Virus record (IMG/VR): IMGVR_UViG_3300044614_001341
Coordinates: 50,608-114,607 of that record
Origin: a virus
Length of the DNA stretch: 64,000 nucleotides
Reading direction: 5' to 3' (one strand)
Shown here: piece after piece, positions 36,637 to 46,458 of the stretch
Position numbering within the stretch: position 1 is the stretch's first letter
Layout of the letters: every line of letters begins with the position of its first letter
Notes under the pieces: generated by a model
What the model saw: the letters and a program-made list of their open reading frames with translations, nothing else
The model's database searches: none
Told to the model about the DNA's origin: nothing
Position numbers and translations under genes: made by a program

Positions 36637-36677
36637 TTGTTTTAGATTCTTGTATATAATCTATATTTATTTATAAA

Positions 36678-37328
36678 TTATAGATTTGAAAGAAACTGTT
36701 GGAACAATTGTACTTTATGTTCCTGAAGAGTCTTTTCATTAACTAAGGTATTAATTCTACGCTTAGTTGACTCGGCAAGTTTTTCGCGAAGAATTCCTCC
36801 TTCCCAAACCCACTCTTTACCTTCCATAATTCCCTGAACAAAAGCATCAGGAGCAGAGGGATCGGCAACGATATCTGCAGCAGTTGCTAGCATAAAATCT
36901 TCACCAACAATTTTATGACCTTCGTTGGTCATCTTGAGTGAACCAACACCACGAGAAGAAACACCAAGACAAACTCCTTCTTTGATTAAAGATTCTGCAA
37001 TCTTACCCATTGGAGTTCCAAGAAGTTGTGCTTTACCGATGAAATTGGTTCCCTTTTGTTCAAGAGAAACAATTTTATGAGAAACACGGTCAAGATTGAC
37101 GGTAGGACCATCAGGATGTCCAAGTTCTCCAAGAGCACGACCCTTAGAAACAAATGCTTCGTTATATCTTTTTACCTCGCGGGCAAGAGTTTGCATAGGA
37201 TACATTCTTCCATTACGATTGCAAATATCACCCTGAAGGAAAACTCCCTCAATATACATTTTCTTTTCAGCACCTTTTCCTTCGGTGATGAATTTTACTT
37301 GTGAGACTTCTTCTGTGATGAGTTTCAT
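36678..37328 (-). CDS. gp21: Prohead protease (gp21)
   Basis: NRNGRMYP; GELGHP; GVSSRGVGS; DIVADPSAPDAFV. Confidence 0.96.
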   Translation of the reverse strand: MKLITEEVSQVKFITEGKGAEKKMYIEGVFLQGDICNRNGRMYPMQTLAREVKRYNEAFVSKGRALGELGHPDGPTVNLDRVSHKIVSLEQKGTNFIGKAQLLGTPMGKIAESLIKEGVCLGVSSRGVGSLKMTNEGHKIVGEDFMLATAADIVADPSAPDAFVQGIMEGKEWVWEGGILREKLAESTKRRINTLVNEKTLQEHKVQLFQQFLSNL

Positions 37329-37329
37329 T

Positions 37330-37857
37330 TTATTCGGAAACTAATTGAACAACTTCTGTGATACTAACGTTTGTTGTATTATCAAGAGCAAGGGCTGAAA
37401 CCTTTACACTTCTAGATAAAGTGGCACCAGTTGCAGTAATTACGCCAACAACTGAGGATGTATTTGCAGCAATAGTAACTGATGCATTAGTTGTAGCAGT
37501 TATTAATCTATGAACTGTATTAATTCCTGCAGGTTGAGCATTTTCAATTGTTACATAATCACCAACTAAAAATGGATTTCCTGCATTATTATCAAAAGTA
37601 ATTACGGTTGATGCTCCTGTAGTAATTCCTGCTATTTGTTGTTTTGCAATTCTCTCTTTTAAAACTTCATTTCCAAAAGGAGAAATCAGGAAAGAATTAA
37701 CAGTAGCTACAGGTTCCCCACCAGTTTCCACATATACTGCAGTCGAAGCACAAGCAACACGAAGGTATCCACTTTTAAGTGCAATTGGATTGCTAGTAGC
37801 TGCTACAGATACTGTGGGAGAAATTCTATTTACGTTCTGAACAACTTTTATTGCCAT
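37330..37857 (-). CDS. Conserved virion structural protein
   Basis: 175-aa beta-rich ORF in the head gene cluster. Confidence 0.7.
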   Translation of the reverse strand: MAIKVVQNVNRISPTVSVAATSNPIALKSGYLRVACASTAVYVETGGEPVATVNSFLISPFGNEVLKERIAKQQIAGITTGASTVITFDNNAGNPFLVGDYVTIENAQPAGINTVHRLITATTNASVTIAANTSSVVGVITATGATLSRSVKVSALALDNTTNVSITEVVQLVSE

Positions 37858-38027
37858 TATTCTTCGTCTCCTCCTGATTGTTCATCATCACCAAAAATAA
37901 ATGATGCTATTTCTGGACGAGCAGCATCAACTCTTTCAGCAGCTTTATTGTATAAAAGTTCTTTAATTTTGTCGGAAACAACCAATGGTGATCCATCAGT
38001 TGCAATCAAATCGATAAGTTCTTCCAT
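37857..38027 (-). CDS. 56-aa acidic prohead core protein candidate (gp67 position)
   Basis: Hand-translated MEELIDLIATDGSPLVVSDKIKELLYNKAAERVDAARPEIASFIFGDDEQSGGDEE; follows gp20; TAATG overlap downstream. Confidence 0.75.
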   Translation of the reverse strand: MEELIDLIATDGSPLVVSDKIKELLYNKAAERVDAARPEIASFIFGDDEQSGGDEE

Positions 38028-38055
38028 GAAAAACAGTTTATATTTATAAGATTAT

Positions 38056-39738
38056 TTATATCTTCCCACCTTTGGGTTCCGTAGGAACCTCTGGTGCGGG
38101 CGAGGCAGCAGGTTCCATTGGAGTTTCTCCAAGTGCTGGTTGTTCTCCTACTGCACCTTCTGGAGGAATTGGATTGCCCATTTCATCGACAGGTGCGTTG
38201 GGATCTGGAAGAATACCTTTTTCTATCTCATCTTCAATTTGAGTATCAATTTCAATAATCTCTGCATCAGTTTGGCGAAGAATTCTTTTTCTTACATATT
38301 CGGTGGAGTAATATTTTCCAATATAAGGTTCCATTTGTGTCATTAAAGTTAATCGATTTGTTATAAGTTCAGCTTCCTTAAGTTCTGCAAAATGATTATC
38401 ATAGAGGAAATCATATTGGATATGATCTTCCATTTTTTCCCAATCTTCTGGAGATACAACATTCTTTAAAAGAAGTTGGGTGCGAAGCATATCATTGAAC
38501 ATATTTGAGAAACGCTTTCTAAGTCTCCCTACAAACTTAGAAAACTTAAGTTCATCTCTTAGAATTTCGGATGAACGCCCAAGATTAAAACCATCACCAC
38601 CACCAGCAATTCTGGATTCTGGAACTCCAAGTGCCCTATAAAGTTTTTTCTGGAAATATTCAATATCTGCAAGTTCTCCAAGATTTTGACCACCTGGAAG
38701 AGTTGTGATTTCAGTTCCTCTACCACCTTCTCTTCTTGGGAGCCAAAAATCTTCAAGCATTGACATATATTTACGGTCATCACGAATTTCTCCAGTATTT
38801 GCATCGTAAACAAGTTTGTTACGATAACGACTCATAACTTCTTTAAGATATTGCTCTGCTTTTACCTTAGGAAGATTGCCAACATCAATATAGAAAATCC
38901 TTCTTTCTGGAGCACGTGATAGTCTATAAATGACCAGACTATCTTCAATCATTCTCAATTGATTGAGTGCTTTAATTGCTTTGTGAAGATATGAAAGAAC
39001 AGTTCCCTTATTTCTATCTACAAGTCCAGATGTACAATAAGTAATTGAATCTTTTGCAATTTTAAGAGATCCTTTAGAAGCACCACTTAAAGAACCCATT
39101 GGATAATTTGGTGCTGGAGAATAAATGAAATACTCTTCAACATCTGAATAACTTAATTCAGAATTTGTGAGGTTTGCGTTTGCAGTTAAGGTGCTAACAA
39201 TTGCTTCACCATTTTTCCCTTTCGTCCTAGTTTCTTGACGAACGTGCTTCATCTTCATTGGGTCAATATACCTGATTTCTTTTATTCCTTCCTCAGGTTT
39301 CTTGACATCAATAATCTTCAAGTAATATAATCTACCATCTACATACCAGTTTCTAAAAATTTCGTGACACTTCCTATCAAAGTCCATCATTTCTTTGATG
39401 GACTTAAACTCATCCCTAATTGCCTGCTTTAACTTATCACTAGCGTTTAAATTTGATAATTCAATTTCAACCGGAGAATCATAAAGATCACTTACAATTG
39501 CTTCATTTACAACATCTTCAATCGCTGCATCACATTCTGGATGTAATGCCATTTCACGATAACGACGCATCAAATCAAATTCAGTTCTGTAGACACCTTC
39601 AATATCTACATACTGACCATAAAAACCAGACTGAATATAATAATCAACCCCGTCCTCATCTGTTTGAGGTACGGGGGATACTATGGATTTTGATTTATCT
39701 TCTTTATCCTCAATCGAAAAACCAAAAAGTTTCGCCAT
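38056..39738 (-). CDS. gp20: Portal vertex protein (gp20)
   Basis: WYVDGR; RAPERRIFYIDVGNLPK; EDFWLPRREGGRGTEI. Confidence 0.98.
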   Translation of the reverse strand: MAKLFGFSIEDKEDKSKSIVSPVPQTDEDGVDYYIQSGFYGQYVDIEGVYRTEFDLMRRYREMALHPECDAAIEDVVNEAIVSDLYDSPVEIELSNLNASDKLKQAIRDEFKSIKEMMDFDRKCHEIFRNWYVDGRLYYLKIIDVKKPEEGIKEIRYIDPMKMKHVRQETRTKGKNGEAIVSTLTANANLTNSELSYSDVEEYFIYSPAPNYPMGSLSGASKGSLKIAKDSITYCTSGLVDRNKGTVLSYLHKAIKALNQLRMIEDSLVIYRLSRAPERRIFYIDVGNLPKVKAEQYLKEVMSRYRNKLVYDANTGEIRDDRKYMSMLEDFWLPRREGGRGTEITTLPGGQNLGELADIEYFQKKLYRALGVPESRIAGGGDGFNLGRSSEILRDELKFSKFVGRLRKRFSNMFNDMLRTQLLLKNVVSPEDWEKMEDHIQYDFLYDNHFAELKEAELITNRLTLMTQMEPYIGKYYSTEYVRKRILRQTDAEIIEIDTQIEDEIEKGILPDPNAPVDEMGNPIPPEGAVGEQPALGETPMEPAASPAPEVPTEPKGGKI

Positions 39739-39766
39739 CTTATAAACTTTAACTGTTGTTTACTAT

Positions 39767-40357
39767 TTAGTTGATGTTGGCGCCACCAGCAGCAGGAGAA
39801 GATCCCTTGATAGCCTCCCACCAGAGAACTTGTAGTTCAACTGTAAACTCTTGAATTGAGTCGGTGCCATAGTCAAGAGGAATGCTGCTGATACTAGTTG
39901 GGAACAAATCATACATGTGATAGGATCTTAAAATAGATCCATCACGATTAAGTTGATGAACAAATGCATCTGCTTGATAAAGTGCAGGATCAGTTGTACC
40001 AGTATTATCAGAAAGACGGTTGATATAATTCATCCACTGTTCAAAAGCAGAGCGAATTGCAAAGTCAGTGTCGTTGATAACGGTAATTGTCCACGATTCG
40101 AATGAACGATCACCTGCTACTTTTAAAGTTCTTCCTCTAAAAGAAACTTCAAGAGAAGTAACATTTGATGATGGAATTGCAGCTGCCTTTACAAGAAATC
40201 TTGATTTGTCCAAAACTACATTATCAACTCCAACTGCAGCAGGGAATGCTAACTCAACTTCAAAGAGGTTACTTCTAGTACCGCCACCAGTAAGCTTACT
40301 CTTGAAATCTGTAATCTTCCTTAAAGGAATATTATTAATTTGATTTCTAGTTGCCAT
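39767..40357 (-). CDS. gp19: Tail tube protein (gp19)
   Basis: GGTRSNLFEV; FRGR.LKVAGDR.F..WTIT. Confidence 0.95.
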   Translation of the reverse strand: MATRNQINNIPLRKITDFKSKLTGGGTRSNLFEVELAFPAAVGVDNVVLDKSRFLVKAAAIPSSNVTSLEVSFRGRTLKVAGDRSFESWTITVINDTDFAIRSAFEQWMNYINRLSDNTGTTDPALYQADAFVHQLNRDGSILRSYHMYDLFPTSISSIPLDYGTDSIQEFTVELQVLWWEAIKGSSPAAGGANIN

Positions 40358-40377
40358 TGTTGTTAACCTCTGTTAGA

Positions 40378-42528
40378 TTAGAAATTGCCGATTACTTCTT
40401 CAAACGAAACACCAGTCTTAGTGGCGATGAAAGTAAGACCAATGAAGTTAATTGATCTTGCTGGTTTGATATAAACATCTGCTACAAATTCATTGTTATC
40501 AATTACTGCAGCAGTGTTATTTGTTTCATCACAAATAACAACATAATCAGAGATTCCTCTCTTTGCCTGAACATCACGGAGGAAAGGTTCAATTGTATTT
40601 ACAAAGTTTGTTCTTGTAATCTCATCATTAAATTCGAAGAGTTGATCTTTAGCAGCCTGAGAAATTGCATCTTCAACATAAACAAATAGTCTACGAACAT
40701 TGATGCGATCAAATGCAGATGCCTTTGCAAGTCCAGTTCTATCACCAAACAGAATAATTCCTGCACCAGGTGAGAAGATAACTGGATTAATTCTACTAGT
40801 ATAAAGACGATCTCTTTGAGATTTGGATGGGTTATACGCCAGTTTCACTGCGTTTAAAATCGCACCTCTAGAAGTTCCAGCGGGCGAGTACCAAGGGAAA
40901 TTGTTAATATCATTACGGGCACATAGACCAGCAATATCACCATTTAGAGGAACATATCTAAAGGTGTTCGCAAATCTATCGTACATGTACTTATAACCAC
41001 TATCAAATACTGCATAAGATGATGATGTAATAGGTGCATAGAAAGATAAAACATTAGTCGTAATATCTTCTGCTGAATTGATAGTAACTGCAGTTTGTGA
41101 TGAAGTATCCGTTAAAGCAGCACCTCTATATGGTGAAATGAATGCAATTGCATCTTTTCTCAGTTCTGCAACAGAGATTAGTTTATTAGCAAGAGCCTGT
41201 GCAGTCTCTTTACTATAACCTGCAGATCCCATTAATAAGAAGTCAACTTTAAAGTTATCGGTATTTTCAAATAAATCATATCCAGAAGAAAGATTACCTA
41301 AAGATACGCTGAGTGAACCAGATGTTGTTACATCAGAAGCACCACCATAATCTTTACCGCCACCTAATGTATTGGTTGAAGAACCTGCAGCAGCAAAAGT
41401 AATATTAGATGCTTCTTGATCCCAAGCAACATCACTCGAAAGTGTATATCCAGAACTGAATCCAGTAGTTACAACTCCAACAGGCGATCCACCTGCAAAA
41501 ATGTAATCTGAATTGGTTGCAATGTACTTTCTCCAGTAAGATGGTGAACCTACTGAGAATTCTGCATCTGTTGCTTTTGAAAGACCTAGGTGCTTTTCAA
41601 GAATCGTTCCAGCGTTACCTGTAACCTTTCCAAGAGAGTCAATAACTACAACGTGAACCTCATCAAATCTTGAGTTTCTGGCAGCAGCGTATGCGGTTGT
41701 AGATGGTCTAGGTGCAATATTATTCCAATTGATGGTTGAACTGGTTGTAATACCAATTGTCTGCTGATCGAACCAATCTGCTTGTGATGAAACTGATGTA
41801 GTAGCAACACCAACACCACTTGCATTTACAACAGTTACATTACCTGCTGTCCCAAATGTATAAACACCACTTGGTTGATAATCAACTATTGTTTCTGTAC
41901 CAGCAACAGATACTTGACTTAAAACTTTTACACTAAGTTTTCCAACACCAATTTCTGTAATGATTCCTTTTAAGTAACCATTTAAAACGGAAGTTGAACC
42001 TGCTCCTGGAAGAACAGAAGAAATTGCTTGAGTTACCCCATACCCAAGAACAGCGCCAGTAGTTGTGACACCAAGAATTTGATCTGCCTTGGCATCGATA
42101 ATGGCAACATTGATACCATTACCCCAAGAACCTGGGTTTTTGGCGGTAACTACAACATTACTAATTGTGTTCTCGTCATATCCTAAAGCTTCATAATGCT
42201 CCAAACTCTTGATCTTGACGCTAGATGCAGTTCCTACAAAAGCATTTTTGATTTCATCATCATCTGCTCTAACAACTCTTAAAGATCCACCATAAGCAAG
42301 GTATGATGATGCTGTTAACCAATGCTCATAGTGCTTATCTGCATTATATGGTTGTCCAAAAACATTAAGTAAATCGTTCTCATTTTCTACTAAAGTGGGA
42401 GAATCTACAGGTCCTTGAGCGAAAGGTGCAACAATGGCACCAATCTTATCCGATGAAGGAGTAGCTCTTCCAAGTGTTAAATCAACTTCCCTTACTACAA
42501 TTCCAGGAGATGCTAAATTTAGCGGCAT
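40378..42528 (-). CDS. gp18: Tail sheath protein (gp18)
   Basis: SPGIVVREVD; PWYSPAG; FDRINVRRLF; KPARSINFI. Confidence 0.97.
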   Translation of the reverse strand: MPLNLASPGIVVREVDLTLGRATPSSDKIGAIVAPFAQGPVDSPTLVENENDLLNVFGQPYNADKHYEHWLTASSYLAYGGSLRVVRADDDEIKNAFVGTASSVKIKSLEHYEALGYDENTISNVVVTAKNPGSWGNGINVAIIDAKADQILGVTTTGAVLGYGVTQAISSVLPGAGSTSVLNGYLKGIITEIGVGKLSVKVLSQVSVAGTETIVDYQPSGVYTFGTAGNVTVVNASGVGVATTSVSSQADWFDQQTIGITTSSTINWNNIAPRPSTTAYAAARNSRFDEVHVVVIDSLGKVTGNAGTILEKHLGLSKATDAEFSVGSPSYWRKYIATNSDYIFAGGSPVGVVTTGFSSGYTLSSDVAWDQEASNITFAAAGSSTNTLGGGKDYGGASDVTTSGSLSVSLGNLSSGYDLFENTDNFKVDFLLMGSAGYSKETAQALANKLISVAELRKDAIAFISPYRGAALTDTSSQTAVTINSAEDITTNVLSFYAPITSSSYAVFDSGYKYMYDRFANTFRYVPLNGDIAGLCARNDINNFPWYSPAGTSRGAILNAVKLAYNPSKSQRDRLYTSRINPVIFSPGAGIILFGDRTGLAKASAFDRINVRRLFVYVEDAISQAAKDQLFEFNDEITRTNFVNTIEPFLRDVQAKRGISDYVVICDETNNTAAVIDNNEFVADVYIKPARSINFIGLTFIATKTGVSFEEVIGNF

Positions 42529-42610
42529 CTTTATTCTCCGTGCTAACCAGAATTATCTAAAAGTATTTATTAAAATGGTTCTTTTAATTGGGGAAACGGT
42601 GCATGAATGT

Positions 42611-42838
42611 CTACCAATCAGGATATTTCCATTCTGTAGAGTAAATATCTTTTTTTCTATATTCTTCAACTCTTTTTATGGTGCATTCTTTGCACTCATA
42701 TGCATATGATGAAAGAAGTGTATTATTCTTTCTTATTTTATAGAAACCATCTATTAGATTTTTTTTCATTCCACAAACTCTACATTTTCTTTCTGTAAAA
42801 AGTAAATGTTCTACTTCAAACTGTTCCTCCAAATCCAT
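42611..42838 (-). CDS. Small zinc-ribbon protein
   Basis: CRVC...YECKEC; coupled to the gp17 stop (TAATG). Confidence 0.75.
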   Translation of the reverse strand: MDLEEQFEVEHLLFTERKCRVCGMKKNLIDGFYKIRKNNTLLSSYAYECKECTIKRVEEYRKKDIYSTEWKYPDW

Positions 42839-44538
42839 TAGCGATATTCCCACATATAGGATCTGTCGCCATATTCATCCACGTTCCAAACTTCAGTTGA
42901 TTGCATACCATTATCCTTTGTTGCAAGCAACCACCTATCTCCAGTTGATTCTTCAATAAACGTTTCCATGTCGTCTAAACCATCTGATATGAAACCAAAA
43001 GGTGCCATATCTTGTTCAATCTGATTCTTTTGTTCTTCATAAATTCTTTTACGAACATCATTGTCCGTCATTTCTTTGAAATAATCTTGAGCAACTAACC
43101 AAGAGAAAATAACTAAGCACATTGCTAAGTCATCATTACAACCTTCCTCTGCTTCAAAAGAATTATGCTTTTGTGCAAATGTTGTCAATTCGGAAATAAT
43201 ATCGTAGTCAACAGTAAGTAACTTATCATCCTCTAATAGAGTTTTTAAGTTAGAACAACCAAGTTTTTTAACGGCGGCAGTAGTTCTTACCCCAAGTTGA
43301 GATTTTTTACCACTAAAACCTGAACCAACAATTTGACCAGCACGACCTCTCATCGCACACATTAAAACATTATCATACTCAAGATCAAAATGTAGAATAC
43401 TTGCTACTTGGTCTCCAATATCATTAACTTCGATTAATAACCAAGCATCATTGTAACCCTTTGCAACTTCATGAATAATGCTTGGGAATAGCATTGGTTT
43501 AATTTCATTATTTCTATATTTTGCTACAACTTTATATGGAAAGTTCGTAATGTCAAAGACAATGAATGCCGAGTAATCGTTTCCGAGACCACGTGCTACG
43601 TCAACTGTAATTAGATAGTTATGTTCTTCTTTTGGGTGAACATAAACATCCAATCCAGCATTTCTTTTAATTGGATCCTCATATACAAGATTTCTAAGTT
43701 TTGATGGATTAATGAGTGTATTTGTAGAACCCAAAAATTCACATTCAAACTCAACCTTAAACTGTTGCTCACTAGTGTTAGCAATCGTCTGCTCCTTCCA
43801 GGCAGCGTCTCTACCAGGCACTTCGGACCAATGAACATCTGTAGGCACATATTCGTTCTTGCCCCTCTCAGCGTCATGCCACATGCGGTAGAAGTGATTC
43901 ATACCGCGAGGTGTAGAAACAATAATTACCTTTGTGCTTTGACCAGAAGAAATAGTAGGATAAACAGAGGCAAAGAAGTCATCAGCAATGTGATTTGGGA
44001 TGAATGCGAATTCGTCCAAAAAGATGACATTATAGGATCCGCCTCTGACAGCAGATGAAGAAGTAGAGTTTGATGAAATTTTTGATCCATTTTCTAATTC
44101 GAGTGATCCTTTGTTCCAAGATATAATGCCCTGTTGCATCCACTTGGGTAGGTTCTCATAGGCGAGTTGTAATCTCCCAAGCAGATCTCTTGCAGTGGAT
44201 GCTTTGTTCGCTAAGATGGCAATATTGACATTATCGTTAAACACAGCGTAGTGGAGCAGGTAGGATACGCAGGTGGTTGATTTACCAGTCTGTCGTGGCA
44301 TCTTACAAATGTTAAATCTATTCTCGTGGAAGTTTTTTACAAGTTTCTCTTGAAATGGATACATCTCAAAAGGAACAAGACCGTGATCCAGAGAAACGAT
44401 CTTAATATAGTTCTTTGCAAAATATACAGGATCTTCTTTACACTTCAAGAACTCTATAATTTGTTCTTCCGTAAATTGAATTTGTGTATTTGCTCTTTTT
44501 AGTAGAGGATTACCAAGATAGATGTCATTATTTGGCAT
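42838..44538 (-). CDS. gp17: Terminase large subunit (gp17)
   Basis: PRQTGKST; FLDEFAF; VSTPRG; DVARG; DDLAM. Confidence 0.97.
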   Translation of the reverse strand: MPNNDIYLGNPLLKRANTQIQFTEEQIIEFLKCKEDPVYFAKNYIKIVSLDHGLVPFEMYPFQEKLVKNFHENRFNICKMPRQTGKSTTCVSYLLHYAVFNDNVNIAILANKASTARDLLGRLQLAYENLPKWMQQGIISWNKGSLELENGSKISSNSTSSSAVRGGSYNVIFLDEFAFIPNHIADDFFASVYPTISSGQSTKVIIVSTPRGMNHFYRMWHDAERGKNEYVPTDVHWSEVPGRDAAWKEQTIANTSEQQFKVEFECEFLGSTNTLINPSKLRNLVYEDPIKRNAGLDVYVHPKEEHNYLITVDVARGLGNDYSAFIVFDITNFPYKVVAKYRNNEIKPMLFPSIIHEVAKGYNDAWLLIEVNDIGDQVASILHFDLEYDNVLMCAMRGRAGQIVGSGFSGKKSQLGVRTTAAVKKLGCSNLKTLLEDDKLLTVDYDIISELTTFAQKHNSFEAEEGCNDDLAMCLVIFSWLVAQDYFKEMTDNDVRKRIYEEQKNQIEQDMAPFGFISDGLDDMETFIEESTGDRWLLATKDNGMQSTEVWNVDEYGDRSYMWEYR

Positions 44539-44543
44539 AAAAA

Positions 44544-46145
44544 TTACCTACTAATTTCTTCCCAGTCCATAGACCCGTGAATATCTGCACCATTAGAATT
44601 GGAAGAAGCAACGAGAGAAAGTTCATAAGGTGTTCCAGTTAGTGCATCTCTTTCTAACTGAAACTTAAATAATGCCTCTTTAAGAATATCAACTGGTGTT
44701 GAACCTTGATTAGACCCGTACAAATATCCAGATGCTAATATTCTTCCACCAGTATAAGTTCCACCATCAATTTTATATTCCACAGAACTATCAAGACCAG
44801 CATCATTCCAAGTTCCGCCATTAGATGTTCCACTTGCTCTTACTTGCCAGTTATAAGTTGCATTATTTGTAATACCAAGAATAGAAAGTGCAGTCATAAT
44901 TACAATTGCATCCAATCTATTTGGCGTTGCTTTGAGACGAATTGATAAAACAGTATAATAAGTTCCTGCTGTTGTTAAATCAACTGGTGTTTGAATTGGT
45001 GTTCCTACTGCTTGTTGTAATCCACGAAGTTCATAACCACCTTCTGAAATTACAGTGGAACAAACTTGTTTCAGTGTGCTTGCACTCGTTGTAATTCCAG
45101 TATTTGCAATCTCATATCTCAAAGGTAATGATGCTGTTGTGATATAAGTTGTATTGATAAGATTTGCGTGATGAAATGAATGGCAGTGAATGAATTGACC
45201 GTCAATTACAAAACCAACTCTTACAGTTCCAACTCCCAACCACTCAATATCCATCCACATAATCTGTGCTTTGGAAATATCTAATGTGACACCAGATGGA
45301 TTGAGATGCCCAGGTCCAAGCATCGTATCAACATTCCATTCGTGTTGAGATTTTCTAGTTTCTGTTAAAACTCCAGGAACATAAGTTCTTTCTACAAAAT
45401 ATAAAGTATCTCCATTAAGTTCTAGATACATCCCATTGTCTGCACCATAGTATCCTACTCTTTGGCGAAGATTTGCTTTTGCTGAATTCATTACAAATGT
45501 ATTCAATACCTGTAATGATTTTCCCGGTTGATAAGAGAATACTTTTGTAGTTTCTCTAATGACTGATGCGGTACTTCCCACCCCAACAGTCATATTAATC
45601 AAACCTTGTGCTGTTGAAAATCCAACTGTTGAACCAGTACCAACAACTAAACCACTCCAAAGATTATTATCTCTATATCTGTGAGATGAATCAAAGAGAG
45701 TGAGTGGAGTAGACATTCTTTGTCTACCAAATGCATCAGTTGCTATTGGTGGTAATTCAATATCAACTGATCCAGTAATCGGAAATGGATTTGTGGTGCT
45801 GACTGGTGAATTGTTGAGGTTGATTGATACTTGCCCTGTGGTGCCAATACCTACAGTATTCAGTAATGTAGAAATACCGACTGGAAGATACGGAGTTGTT
45901 AATGTTCCACCTGTCCCAACTTCAACTATGTGATTATGAATTGGATTATCTGGAGTGCTTGTAACTGTTACTATTCCTGGAATTGTAATACTACCATTAA
46001 TAGTAATATTGGAACTTCCAAGAGATACTGGAAATGGATTATCAATAGTAACTACTTCGCCATTCTTATTGGCAATCATATTGACTTCAAAAAGGGTTCT
46101 TTCTTGATTCAGAAAGTCCTGGTCATTCTTATTAAATTGTGCCAT
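44544..46145 (-). CDS. Probable virion structural protein
   Basis: 533 aa; DAFGRQRMSTP...YQPGK...WLGVG.VR family; beta-rich. Confidence 0.7.
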   Translation of the reverse strand: MAQFNKNDQDFLNQERTLFEVNMIANKNGEVVTIDNPFPVSLGSSNITINGSITIPGIVTVTSTPDNPIHNHIVEVGTGGTLTTPYLPVGISTLLNTVGIGTTGQVSINLNNSPVSTTNPFPITGSVDIELPPIATDAFGRQRMSTPLTLFDSSHRYRDNNLWSGLVVGTGSTVGFSTAQGLINMTVGVGSTASVIRETTKVFSYQPGKSLQVLNTFVMNSAKANLRQRVGYYGADNGMYLELNGDTLYFVERTYVPGVLTETRKSQHEWNVDTMLGPGHLNPSGVTLDISKAQIMWMDIEWLGVGTVRVGFVIDGQFIHCHSFHHANLINTTYITTASLPLRYEIANTGITTSASTLKQVCSTVISEGGYELRGLQQAVGTPIQTPVDLTTAGTYYTVLSIRLKATPNRLDAIVIMTALSILGITNNATYNWQVRASGTSNGGTWNDAGLDSSVEYKIDGGTYTGGRILASGYLYGSNQGSTPVDILKEALFKFQLERDALTGTPYELSLVASSNSNGADIHGSMDWEEISR

Positions 46146-46148
46146 TAA

Positions 46149-46457
46149 TCATTCACTCCACGATAATCTTTCTGGTCTATATCTTTGTGCGTTTTTGATT
46201 TTTATAGAATTAGATTCTATTGGGTATATATTATGAACAATCGCTCCAGGATATTCTCCTTGTAGTTGTTCTGCAAGTTGATTTTTATCCATCATCTTAC
46301 CTTCAACTTGCATACGATATAATCTCCCCTGCCAAACTACATCTGCAAGGAAAGATTCGCTTGCGGTCTCTGGTTGAGATGAATTCATATAAAGATTTCC
46401 ATTGAAATCTCCTGCAATATTAATGCTTTCGGAAATAAACTGTTGAAATGATTTCAT
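46149..46457 (-). CDS. Small protein with a capsid-targeting-like N-terminus
   Basis: MKSFQQFISE; EQLQGEYPGA motif. Confidence 0.72.
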   Translation of the reverse strand: MKSFQQFISESINIAGDFNGNLYMNSSQPETASESFLADVVWQGRLYRMQVEGKMMDKNQLAEQLQGEYPGAIVHNIYPIESNSIKIKNAQRYRPERLSWSE

Positions 46458-46458
46458 T

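Noticed and set aside
42611-42838. Zinc-ribbon ORF as a fifth homing endonuclease
   Set aside because: It has only the CxxC pairs, with no nuclease motif and no promoter-hairpin leader
7519-44538. Inteins or group I introns in gp41, gp43, gp46, gp20 or gp17
   Set aside because: All are uninterrupted ORFs of ordinary length for their families
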